A model generated the notes under the pieces. It ran no database searches. It was not told the origin of the DNA and worked only from the letters and a program-made list of their open reading frames with translations. Shown here piece after piece: positions 10,748 to 22,700 of a stretch of 64,000 nt of DNA. The stretch lies in assembly GCA_965153285.1 (NCBI GenBank), contig OZ229121.1; one strand, 5' to 3'. A program made the translations under genes and the position numbers. The stretch is from Podarcis tiliguerta. Taxonomy: Eukaryota. The first letter of the stretch is position 1; each line of letters begins with the position of its first letter.

Positions 10748-13700
10748 TGGAGCTGTGTTTTTCTCTACTTGTTTTCCCTGTTTAAATTTACAACATGTTT
10801 CATTGAAGCGCTTCTTTGAAGTGCCTTCGATCCAGCCTATGTATTTACTGCATGGGGGGAAGGTGTGAAAAAAGTCCAAAGACTGAAAGTTCAAAATTAA
10901 TTGAAAGCACGTATACTCTGCAGATCTTTGGGAAAGAGCAGTTGAAGATGCTTCCCTTTCCTGCCCGCCCCGTTCAGCTTTTAACATGATCTGATTCTGC
11001 TGCCACTCTGCATTTTGATTGATTATTTCTTTGCTGATGTGTTTTGGTTTCATATATTGACATTCTGCAGTACCCTTGGGAATGTGCATGATTAAGAGGT
11101 GGGACATAAATATATATAATAATAATATATAATAATAATTCCTTCACATCTGAATTGTGTCATACTTGGAAAAAAGGATAGCAAACAAAATGCATAAATA
11201 AGAAAATATTCCTGCATTTTCTCTTCTCTTTGTGCACAGATTATCTTCAGGATCAGATCTGAGCACTGCTCTTCTTGCCTTTAACCATCAATGCCCCCAT
11301 TTTTAAAGCAGCAATGCTTGCTCCCCTTAATTACAGAAAACACTGTTTGCAGAACATATCTGATAGTTTATGCTCTACTTCTGTTATTTTACTGACACAG
11401 TTTTCTGTTTTGTGATATATGCAAAACACTTAAGCAATGCAAAAAAGAGGGAACTCTCTTCTGGAATTCTTCAGTCGCAAAAATTCTTAAACCTCTCTGG
11501 GTTTTCTCTTCTGATTATCGTCTCCTTTTCCAACATCTATCTTATTCCTAATCTCTCCATCATGTCAGGCAGATCGTTAATCATGCTGCACATCTGCTTT
11601 GGGTTTCAGGATGATTCTAGTTCAATAAAATATAGTTTCTTAACCCATGTTTTTCTGCTTTGTACTCTGGATTTCTGATAATTTCTTTTGGCATCTCAGA
11701 TTCTATGGAGCCCAGAGTGTATAAAACGTATGTTATCTACACATACTGGTTTCATAAACTGGAATTGTTTCCATATCTGTTTATATAGATTGCACAGATC
11801 CATTATAAATAAGAATTCCATTTGTCACCTTGCAATCCTTTCTTCTAAGGATGGAATACATATATCTGTTCCCTACTGCTCCAGAGCACTGACATCTTAG
11901 CTCAGGGCTGGGCAGTGGCAGCTGGTAACATTTTGATTTCATAGGGCTGCTGTTTTCATCTCAACAGAAATTGCACAGTACTTATTTAGTCACTGTGCAT
12001 GTGCAGAGTGTCATTGTCTCCTCCGCTCTAAATCCCACTCCCCAATTGTTCTCTCCGCATATATTGACAGAGAAACAGCTCCAATGTAAGAGGCCCAAGT
12101 ATGATTTCCAGACAAGATTGACTCCATACCTCTTATTTAGAAATTAAGCCGTGACACACAGCATAAGTTTTCAAAATTTACATCTATGCATCCATTGCCC
12201 TCAAAAAACCTAAACATAACAAACTTCTAAAACACAACAAAGGCTTTCTTTCAGTTGCATGTAGTTTTCCTTCCCCCCAAAATCTAAGTATTCATTATCC
12301 AAAACACTGTTTTCCTCTAAATTAAAAGAACAGAGTATTCCAACCAATAGGGGAAAACGTGATTGTGTCATTTGAGTCAGGATACAACAAAACACACCAG
12401 AAAATATTTGCCATGCATGACTCAGTCCTGAAAATGTGAAGCAACAATCTCTGTTCATGTGCAAAGTTCATCATACCAGAGGGATTGTAGCCAACTCTAT
12501 AATGTCTGAGTTTGGGGAGAATGTTTTCCAGGTTTGGGGATGGACATGAAATCGTATCCAGAAAGGCAAAGAGCCCAAACTATTCACTTCAAAAATTCAC
12601 TAACAAACTCACAAAGAACAAGGGAGAAATAATAGGGAGCAGGGAAGTGGTTTACTGATAAAACAGATCCACATACTTTTTCTGAAAACGAGTCTGGAAA
12701 ACTCTGGAAATACAAATAATCTGGAATTGCAAATGGCCCAGTATCTACCTTACCTGCCCTACTCCACCCTGCAGTAGTTTTTAATGAGTGAATATAGGAA
12801 AATGGTAGATACAGAGCTTATTGCAACACACAAGCCACCCTTTCAATGCCCCAAACGTCTTTTAAAATAAAAATAAAATAAAAATATAGCTATTTATTGT
12901 AGAGACTCACTGTAGTTCACAGTGGTCTTTGAGATGCTCTTGGACTACAATTCCCATAATCCCTGACCATTGCCCTTGCTGGCTGGGTCTGGTGGGAATT
13001 GTACTTCAACAGCATCTGGAAGCCCCCATGTTCCCCAACCCTGCTCTAATGGAAGTGACTGAACTGGACTGCAATTTTGTGCACGCTTAACTGGGGGCAA
13101 GCTACCGTGGGACTAACTTCCGAGGAAGCAAGTCTAGGCTAACACTGTTAAGCTTAGCAATGAAGAGGGCTTTGATGAGAGAGAAGCATGCAGAGCCCTC
13201 TCTAAAGTGTCTTCTTAGGGGTGAGAAGACAACAGTTGGCCGGAGGCTTCTCTCTCCATTCAGCGAGGGATACTCAGCAGCTGCTGTAATCATGCGCCGC
13301 AACTCTTAACATGACCTCATTTAGCTTGATAAATTAACTGAGTCTTGCAAGGCTTTCTTAAGAGAGCAGCAGGATGCTTATGAGTGATGTAAGTACACTT
13401 TATTCCACAGACTTATTTATGTAGGCAGCGGATTCCGAGAGCGTATTTATGGCGCAGACAAATTTGGCTTAGGCAGCTGGAACTCCGTACTTTTTTCGCA
13501 AATAATCACTGGAATTATCACATTAGTTTTGGAAGATGATATGAGTGAAACTGACAGACAGAAGACCTCAGGGCTTAGGAGGCTTAATTTTATCCTAAAA
13601 CCCATCCCCACCAAATGTTTTCAAATTGACATCACAGGCTTCGGGATTATGCGCTATTGGCACTTCCTTGTGAGCAGAGTTGGAAGTGGAAAATAAAACC

Positions 13701-14117
13701 AAGAGTTACCTAACTGCTTGGTTTGATGGGTGCAATCAATCAAAAAGTTTTGAAGTGACTGGTTAAATGTGCCTTATTAAATCAAAATATACCTTGAGTG
13801 AATCAAGTGGCTGCATACTTAAGTCACCATCCTTCAAGAGACGCTTCTCTGCAAAAAGTGCCGGACCAATATATTTTACTGCCTGAGGCGAAGGACAAGG
13901 TGGCGCTCTCCCTCTTCCAGACGTTGAGAGAAGAGAGTTGACTCTTATGTCAACATTGCCAACAGGACTTCATGCTCCACAGCAGGCACATATTATTTAT
14001 TGTTATTATTTTAAACTTATTTCTTTCATTTGTTTCCCATAAGGCGTCCCAAGGTGATTCACAATATAACCACCTATATAACTTACATATATAAAATCTT
14101 TCTTTTTTTTAAAGTAC

Positions 14118-14305
14118 TTACAGCGCCTGAAGCTATAGACACAGATATGGGAGGCACATGCTTTATTGTCGGTAGGGCAGGTGAAGGTGTCTGGTTTTGC
14201 TGCCGCAGATGCACCATAGCATTTATTTTCTCTGCGCTCCTCCCAGCGGTCATTTCTCCACTGCTCACTGCTCTGGATGCACAACCTGACTGCCCGTTGT
14301 CAGGC
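14118..14305 (-). mobile_element. RTE LINE 3' fragment (a similar relic at about 54910-55170)
   Basis: Degenerate C-terminal zinc knuckle FTCPTDNKACASHICVYSFRRC. Confidence 0.6.
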
Positions 14306-14486
14306 ACATCAATAATTACAAGCACAATTTTACTAGAATTAGATACCATCCTGAAAGGCAGAAAATGAAGCTTCAACGAATAGGGAAAATGGAAATTTAG
14401 ACAGCAGTTCTTTATACAGCTGCTGCCCACAACTACCAATATTTTGGAGGCATAACAGACAGCAGCAATTTGGCATGCTGGAATGC

Positions 14487-14522
<36 letters not shown>

Positions 14523-14535
14523 AAGAGAGATAGAT
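14487..14535. repeat. Compound (TA)n(GA)n microsatellite
   Basis: Read directly from the sequence. Confidence 0.9.
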
Positions 14536-16007
14536 AGGGAGGGAGAGCAGCTTTTCCTGCAGTTGTTGGGACCTCGAGAATGACTTGAGAAAGGATGCTG
14601 CCAGCAGATTCCATTTTTTCAGAGCCGTCAGCCAGAAGTCCCTTACTCTGTCATATGCTGATCCGAGGACATTTCAGTCTCCTTACCTTCATTGCCCCTG
14701 CCCTCCACCGCTCGCAGTGTTTTACAAGTTAGTCTTCCCAATAATACATGCAAGTGGGAATTACAAATGAGGCTGGTTCTTAGTATTTTTTTTGCAATAG
14801 GTTATGAAAAGTTACTATATATATGTGTGTGTGTGTGTAACTTTTCATAACCTATTTCATAACCTATATATATATATATATTATGAGTTATATAAAAATG
14901 TGTATGGCATCTATGCATAATCATTTTTTTTTGGCAAGGAACTTTTTCATTTGTTGGTTTAAGTATTTTTCTTAAAACACTCTGTGGAATTGAAGGCTTC
15001 AAAAACATGATCAACAGGTATTCAGTTTTGAGATTTCAGTGCACATTCTAGAAAACAATATACAGCATTCCTTTTCTCAATACAGGCAAGAATGTCAACT
15101 CTGTCCTTCTGCATCAGTAACATCGCCTTCACATTCGTTAAGCAAGACTTCACTGTGGGGTTATTCCATGACAGCTACCACGATTGCTCAGACAATCCTA
15201 TTCACTTTTCCTGGGGTGGACAATTTTCAACCTCCAAGGACAATTCAAGATGCAGGGCCAATTCAGAAACACAACATTCAGGACTAAGACAATTGCCATG
15301 GGCAGGGTATTTCTCCTGAAAAACATATTTAACATTGTATGACGTGAATTGTATTGTACACAAACATTATACACCTTTGTTAGAGGACAACTGTTGCCTC
15401 TAGAATTGTCATCTTCTCTCTTTTTTTGCAGAGTTGTTTTTTCTGCAAGGAGGGGCATTGTTGTCTTCTGAGGTAACGCCTTGCCATCGGCTTATACCTC
15501 AACGCTGGTGAGGGCTGGGTACTTTGCATAGCTCACAGGTGAGTTTGGTCACTCAAGGATAATTCCAACAGCTTGAAATGACTTGAGACTGGGACCCCAG
15601 AACCACCGGCTGAGAGGCATGTCCCCGTTTTCCAAGAAGCTCCTTTGGAAGTTGTTGTTGCTGGTGTACTACAGCTGTGAAGGGACACAGTAAAAGCTTG
15701 CAACAAAAAAGTGGACAAGCCCTGCAGGATTTACCCAAGTGTTATGTCCTAAATCCTGCCCACATTGCCCTCAGACGCATTACTGGAACCACAAACATTT
15801 TACAAACCAATTCTTTCCTTTCTGTTCCAAAAATAGTAGATGCTGCATGTTACTTTAAACGCAGCCCGTGGTATGCTGAATCCCAAGTACTCTGTTCAGT
15901 GATCCAGCAGCTGCTAGGCTCCTTGGATCATGTGTCAGTTGGCTCTAACATGTAGTCCTTGCAGCATCTAAAACAATCTTAGGATAAGCAGTTAAGTTTT
16001 AAAGAAC

Positions 16008-16028
16008 TTTATTTTCAACTTGTTTATT
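16008..16028 (-). terminator. Two AATAAA polyadenylation signals for the SSNA1-like gene
   Basis: TTTATT on + at 16008-16013 and 16023-16028, about 115-135 nt past the stop. Confidence 0.6.
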
Positions 16029-16142
16029 GCTTCCATGATATTCTTTATAAAAAGTAACAATTGATACATAATAAAAACATTAATAAACCCACCAATACAA
16101 GATCAAAGAGTGAAATTTCTTGCATATAACTTTTCACCAAGC

Positions 16143-16526
16143 CTAGTGCTGCGTTTGTTGGAGCCCAAGTGTTTGAATATCCCCAGTCACATTTCTATTT
16201 AGCATTATCGTTTTGTCTAAATTCCCCGTTTCAGCTTTCAAAACATTCAGCAGCATCCTAGAGCTTTCCAAGATCTTCTCATAAGTCAACGCTGCTTCGC
16301 CAAGGACTTCGTCAAGTTTCTTCTGTGCAGCATTTTTCTGTGCTAAGTTTTCACACACACAATCCAGTTGTTTTGTCAGTGTCTCAATTTTATCCTGGAG
16401 CCTATTCTTTTCCTCTTCCGCTTCCCTGATCTGCTTGCTCACTTCTTCTCTTTGCATATACAAGTCTTCTATATGTTTCACAAGTTCGTTATTATAGCCT
16501 TGCAGAACAGCCCCCTGATGAGTCAT
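16143..16526 (-). CDS. SSNA1/NA14-like coiled-coil microtubule-associated protein; intronless paralog (probable retrogene), 127 aa
   Basis: MTHQGAVLQGYNNELVKHIEDL...ENLAQK...YEKILESSRMLLNVLKAETGNLDK aligns without gaps to recalled SSNA1 ([22 protein letters not shown]...[22 protein letters not shown]), about 55% identical by eye; ATG with A at -3; intact to TAG 16145-16143. Confidence 0.88.
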   Translation of the reverse strand: MTHQGAVLQGYNNELVKHIEDLYMQREEVSKQIREAEEEKNRLQDKIETLTKQLDCVCENLAQKNAAQKKLDEVLGEAALTYEKILESSRMLLNVLKAETGNLDKTIMLNRNVTGDIQTLGLQQTQH

Positions 16527-16598
16527 CCTGCTGGCTCCACCCTTCGGAGGAGAAGGAAATGATCCCTGCTTCCACCAGCTGATCTCGCCACCGTCTGC

Positions 16599-16640
16599 CT
16601 GTATTTTATAATTTAAATGGAGGAAAGAAAGAAAAATTGC
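16599..16640 (-). promoter_or_regulatory. 3' splice acceptor in the 5' UTR of the SSNA1-like gene
   Basis: Minus strand reads tttttctttctttcctccatttaaattataaaatacag|GCAGACG, 72 nt upstream of the ATG. Confidence 0.55.
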
Positions 16641-19600
16641 TAAGTGCTTTTGAGCAACACTGTAAAACCAGCACATACATAATGGAAACGTCAATAGCAA
16701 TTGTAGAAAATGTGATTAAGGAAACCATCTGAGTAAGTTTCCAAGTATCCTATTTTGCCATTACTTTAACTTCTTCCACTGACATTCAAGTGGCCAGTGG
16801 TCTTTTCCAAGATGTTATGAAGCTGCTGATATTTTGAGACGGCTCTAAAATGTGTGCACTTAAGTGCTGCTGTGCAAGAAAATGTGTAGATGCACAACTC
16901 CATGTATGAATGATGCAGGGGTGAAATTATATGAATGCATATGCCTTGATAGGCATGGGAGAGGAGCACTGAGGAAGAACAGAATAGGGGAAAGAACTGA
17001 AGGAAAGTTTAATCTCCCCTTGTCCTCCCTGCTTCTCTCACAAGGTTCTCATGCTGCTTTGTTATTGTTGTTGTTGTTAATAAGAAGTCTCCTCCTCCCT
17101 TTGTCCTAGGATAGGGCCATTAAGGTGCTCTCTAGCTATAGGATGGCTTAGAACAGTAAATACACTGGCAACATGTGCACCAGACTATCCAGGATTGATT
17201 TACTGCAGTTTAATTAAGGTTTCTGGGGAGATTTGCAGGGTTTGAGGGTGCTGAGAAGAACCCAAGCCTGCCTAAGCATTTGCTTCCTTACCTCTACAGT
17301 GCCTGCTTAACTTGTACGTTTGCTGGTAACAGAAGGTAATGCACCACTTAGGCTACCTGTACTAGTAGAAGCTCAGCAGTGCTTAACTCCTAAATAAATA
17401 TACTTAGGATAATACAGCAAGTCTCCGGAACGGTTGCCTTAGGATTCTGACCATGGGGTTGAAAAGGAGGGGAGTGAGAAATAGGCCAGCTACCAGAACT
17501 TTTCTGTCTGGAGGGCTCAGGCGTCTAACCTTCGAGGGAGAGGCCCCTTGTGCAACCCACAAGAGTAGTCCCCAAACTCATCCAATCTCAGCCTGCAAAC
17601 AGGGACTCTACTACTTTTGATTTTGTTGCTAGAGGGATCCTCCAGCACAGGCGCCTGCGCAGGAGTAAATTTGGCTTTTGGGAAGCGCAGCTCTTCATGC
17701 GAGCTTGAGGGGAAACGTCCCTCTTTCCTGCACATCCATAAAGGAGAATGGGAGCTTTGCGCTGGCTGCCTTTATTCTCTCTCCCCTCAAAAGCAAGCGG
17801 CGGCGGCGCCGAGCCACCAGTTGGGGGAGATGCCTCCCCGGCAACCCGCCCTCCTTGCTTCGCCTCCGCGCTGCGGGCAGCTGTTTTCCCCCGGACCCAG
17901 AATAGACCAGCGGCCGCCCACGTGCCTCCCAGAATAGCTCCGTTGTCACCCTCCTTCCTGCCGCGGATCGCTCGGAATGAGGCGCCGGGAGGGGGCGGGG
18001 CCCGCAGTAGCCCCTGGGCACCTCGGCGCGGGGACCGCGCAGGAAGGGAAGCGAGCACCTCCGCGGCTGCGCACTGCGAGCATTGAAGCCGCGGCGGCCC
18101 TTACTTCTTCCCCTTCCGCAAGCAAACGCCCGGCGGGTCGATGCGGCGTCAGCCCCGCCCAAGTCAAGCGTTGCGCGGGCCGCGCGGCGCTTACTTGTTT
18201 GGAAGGAAAGGCGCCCTTGGGGCGATCTCTTGCTTAATAAGCCCGCACGGGGCAGTAGGCTCTGCAAAGGCTCGCTCGGAAATCTGTGCCCCGCTTCAGC
18301 TCGATGGGGCTTGGAGTAAATCCCATTCAGGTCCATAGGCGCTCACTCTCGGGCAAGCGGGATGGGATCGCGCCTTAAGTGCCCACAGAGGACTCTAGGA
18401 GAAGCGTGCCTATTGCCTACCTAGTTACCTGGGAACACGCATAACTGAACGCGTTTTACTCCTGGATAGGCATGCAAACAGGACCTTTCCGTGTCCCCAC
18501 GCCAGAAGGCTTTCCTTGGAGATTCAAACTATTGTACAATCTACACACAGTGCAGAAATGGTTCTGGTGACGTTTTGTTTTAAATTACAGGGGCTTGGAC
18601 TAGATGACCTTCCAACTCTATAATTCTACGAAAGTCCCATTCATAGCTACATTTTTCTAGTTCTCCATCCTCACCTTCGGTAACGCCCACTAAATAACTC
18701 CGGTAACTTCGGCTTCGTCGGAGATGGAACAAAACGCGTTTCAGTTATCCCAGCAGAGAACGTTCAGCGGATACAGGAACGAAAGACAAACTCCAAGCCA
18801 CCTAGCTTGAATTTATCCACCACTTTACGAGCGTATTTCCGGAGCTCATTCTCGGAGGATTAAGATGGGGGGGGGGCGTTTCTCCTTCCCCTTGCGGAAA
18901 TAGTCGAAGTGGAGATAGCGATCCGTGACGGAGACAGCCGGTGCCGCCCGAATGCGAGGGCTGCAGGCTGCACGGAGACCACCGACGTTTTCCGAAACTG
19001 CAGCGACCGCACAGAGAGCGAAGAAGGGAGGCTAAAAACACACACACACAAACCCAGGCGAGGGCTTGTCGGAGCCTGACGGAAATGGCCGATGTTTCCC
19101 GAAGGAAACCGCCTTAGCATCCGGAAGGGAGGAGGCGGGGCATAGACTTAAGAAAGAGGGTGGGTTCAAAAAAGAAAAAAGGACTGGATGGAATGGGAGG
19201 AGCTTTGGCGGAAAGAGCCGATATCAGCCGACGTTAAGCGAAGGCGGCGGCGTCCGAGTTTCCCGGATGTAGTCGGACGGCGGTAGTGTTGGGAGCTGGA
19301 GCTGTAGCTGAAGGGAGGGGGGAGGAGGTGTTGGCGGCGGCGGCGGAGGGCGAGCGAGCGAGCGAAGGCGGCCAGTGGCAGCAGCGGAGGGGACGCGGCC
19401 GCCTTGTGTCTCCCACGCCCCGCTGTGCGCGTGTGTCCGTCCTGCGGGGGCGCCTCTCCTTCTCGCTGGTGCGGAGAGGAGGAGATGGGCCCGTGAGCGC
19501 TGCTTCCCCTCACAGCCGAGCTGCCTGAGCCGCCCCTCCTCCGCCTCCTCCTCCCTCCCTCCCCCTCCTCCTCCTCCTCTTCCCTGTCCCCGGTCGGAGC

Positions 19601-19688
19601 GCTGCCTCCCCCTCCCCCCTCGGCGGCGCCCGTGGCCCGGCCGCGCCCTCCTGGTCCCCTCAGTCTCTCACACACAGGCCGGGCATTG

Positions 19689-19729
19689 ATGGTAATGTAT
19701 GCGAGGAATAAGCAAAGACTCAATGATGG
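19689..19729 (+). CDS. WAC: WAC coding exon 1 ([14 protein letters not shown])
   Basis: ATG 19689; GG|gtaaat donor; 41 nt. Confidence 0.95.
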
Positions 19730-22700
19730 GTAAATAACCCCCTTTCTCGTTCCGCCCTCCTCCCGTCTTACTCTCTCTCTTCTCTCTCTCTTTTTCCTAC
19801 CCCCCCCCCCTCAATACCAACGGCCAGTAACGGTCGCTCGCTAACGTAAAGTCTTTTTCTCCTCTCTTTTCCAGCTGTCACGACCGCAAGGGGGACTCGC
19901 AGCCCTACCAGGTACCGACTTCTTCGCCCGCCGCAGCCCCACACACCGATAGGCCCCTGCGGCGGCGGCGGCAGTAACTGGAGTGTGGGAGGGCGAGCGA
20001 AACTACTCGAGCGCAGGCCTCGGCCGCCGCTGCAGGCCGCGGGGGAGGGGAGCCAACCGCTTCCCTTCGCTCTGCTCCGAGCGCGGCGGGCCGGGAGGGG
20101 GCAAGGGGGCGGCGGCGGCGGCTCTTGCTCTCTCTCTTAGCCCCGCGACCGCGAGGGCTTGAGCGCGAGCTGAGGCGGCGAGAGGCGCTTGGCGGCGGGG
20201 CAAGGAAGCGAGAGGCCTAGGCCCGATGCGGGCCGCAGGAGGCGGAGGGCGGCATTGTTTTTTCTTTTTTTCCTTTCCCCCCGAGCGAAACCCATGGGAT
20301 GGCGGTAAGTGGCCGGAACCCGAGTCCGAAAAGGTTTCCCGAGTGCCGCTGACCGTCTTCCCTTCCCTTAGGAGACGAAATAGGAGCCGGGATAGATTCT
20401 AGGCCTTGGGCTTGTAGTAAAGCCCGAAGGGAATTCTAGTTCCTCAAACCCTTTCTGTCAACTGAGAAAACTTTAAATTGGGACAGTGTTGAAGGTACCC
20501 CTGAAGAAATTTGGGAAATGGCCGGTGTGCAGCAGTGTGTGTGTGTGGAAAACATTTGAGGTTTTCCCTTTGTCATCTCCCCAGTGTTAAAAGGATTGGG
20601 AGGGCTGGAGGTGTAAATGTGGTCATTTACAGTGGCTTATTTGACCACTACACTTATATACCTGAGTGATCAGATGAAAGAGGCAGCTTTGACAACTGGA
20701 GGCTGCAGTCAGTGACAGCACATCTAATGTAAACATTCATCACACAGCCTTGTGAAAAGGGGCAGATGGAGAGAGGCCCTGTTGTGTTTCGTATAACACA
20801 AGGTGGTGTGGATGCTACAAAGCTGCACATTCCACTCGTACTACTACAAAATCTATCAAGCCCTTTGATTCTTTTGCCAGAAATCTCCCCGCTCTTTAAA
20901 GTGTGTAACAATTAATCTCAGTTCATAGTGGTACCACTGGTTAACTTTTACTATTTGGTTAGATTGTGTGGGATATATTTTTAAGGGGGTAAATGGAGAG
21001 GATATGTTATTGAAACTGGTATCAAATGCCTTAAAGATTTTTCAGTGTCACCTGTATATGGTAAAAGGTATTCTCCATTTAGTAAATAAATAGAAACATC
21101 CTCCATCCTGCAGATGAAATAATTCTGTTGGACTGTATGCATAGTCCAAGGTGTTTCAGCCAAGGTGGTCCTTAAGACTTATTTGAGACTAGTCTCCCAT
21201 TAAACACAATGAAATATACATAGTTATGATGTAGCACATCAAAAATGAGCTTGACTTGGTTGAAGATAGGCATCGTGTTAATTGTACTACTCTGAATAAA
21301 TCCCAATACTGTATTGGAAATAGAATGCTTGTAATAGATTGGAATTAGGGTTGAAAAACCCAGAATTACTTGCTATTAAGTTTGTAAAATGACACAGCAC
21401 TAGTTAGGATCTAGACAATTGTGAAACTAGTTCTATGTCTTAAGAGGATTTCTAGGCTTGATTTATTTTGGACAGCAGCTTCTCCATGCTGCATGGCAAA
21501 CTGTTTAAAAAAATATATTTCAAAATCTGTACCTGTTATTTCTTTCAGGCTCTTAAATACTCATCAAAGAGTCACCCCAGTGGTGGTGATCACCGGCATG
21601 ACAAGATGCGAGACACCACAGACCCTTCACCACCAAATAAAATGTTGCGGCGATCTGATAGCCCTGAAAACAAGTATGGTGACAACACTGGACACAGTAA
21701 AGCTAAAAGCATGCATACTCACAGAGTTAGAGAAAGGGATGGTGGTGAGTTAAACTTTAACTGATTTGTATTCAAAATACTGCTAGTAATTGAAATAAAT
21801 CTTGCACCAAAACAAAGCACATTCATTGAGGTGAAGAATTTACCTCACCATTATTTCAGTTCATTCACAACGCTGCCACAGGTTCCGTATCCCTGTGTTA
21901 GGGGGCTTTAGACCTGGCTGCTTTTGTTGTCTAGTCAGGACGGCTTCATAAACCTGGGCTTTTTGTAGAAACTGCCCACCAGTGCAATCTAGCATGGTGG
22001 TGTTTGAAGGAAATGATACTGTGTCTTTTGGTAGGCAGGCCTTCATGTGCCTCATATAAAATTTGTTCTTCCCGATAAGTACAGTTTACAAAAGAGACAG
22101 TGTAGTGTAATGGCCCTGTACTGGAGGTATCTGGCTTCAGATACCCTTACTCAAGCTTAAAGCTTGCTGGATGGTCTTGGGAAGCTACACATCTCACTCA
22201 GCCAAACCTTGCATTCAGGGAAATTATGAAGATAATGGGGTTTACCATAAATACTCTGAAAAGAGCTATATGTCGAAAGATAGGGATACAAATGTTATGA
22301 ATAAAATAAAGTGAACAATTAGTGAAGTAAACAACATATAAAACAAATTTTTAATGCAGTGAGATAACACAGTTCTTGTGTCTTGGTTTTATTAAACAAA
22401 ATTTATATACCATGTTATTGTAATAAAACCTATTACGTAGTTATTTGAGATTTGCAAGTATAGAAATAACAGTAATTCCATGAAGCATTTTCTTTCATGC
22501 TAAGGCTATTACAAATCAGCATTTAAGTTTCTTGGGACAGTGAGGAGGTTTTTGTTTTTGACAAATTATCATGTTGGGTATCCTTACTGTCACACAGCTA
22601 TCATATTGTTGTGGTTAAATGCTCTGATAATGACTGCACCCTAGTGCTATAGAAGAAGAAACTTTTCAGGTTCTGTTATATTTCATATTCGCCACTGCAC

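Larger units (their letters stand above)
17750..20420. promoter_or_regulatory. CpG island, probable bidirectional promoter of WAC and the SSNA1-like gene
   Basis: Very high GC and CpG density against a CpG-poor background; ETS-like CCGGAAG at 19121; YY1-like AAATGGCCG near 19083; GC boxes. Confidence 0.85.

Noticed and set aside
16527-16700. 58-aa N-terminal extension of the SSNA1-like ORF in the ORF track
   Set aside because: It starts at TTG and crosses a polypyrimidine tract and acceptor; homology begins exactly at ATG 16526
17517-20203. Many long overlapping ORFs (up to 213 aa) in the CpG island
   Set aside because: Stop-codon depletion from high GC; low-complexity R/A/G/P translations with no recognisable family
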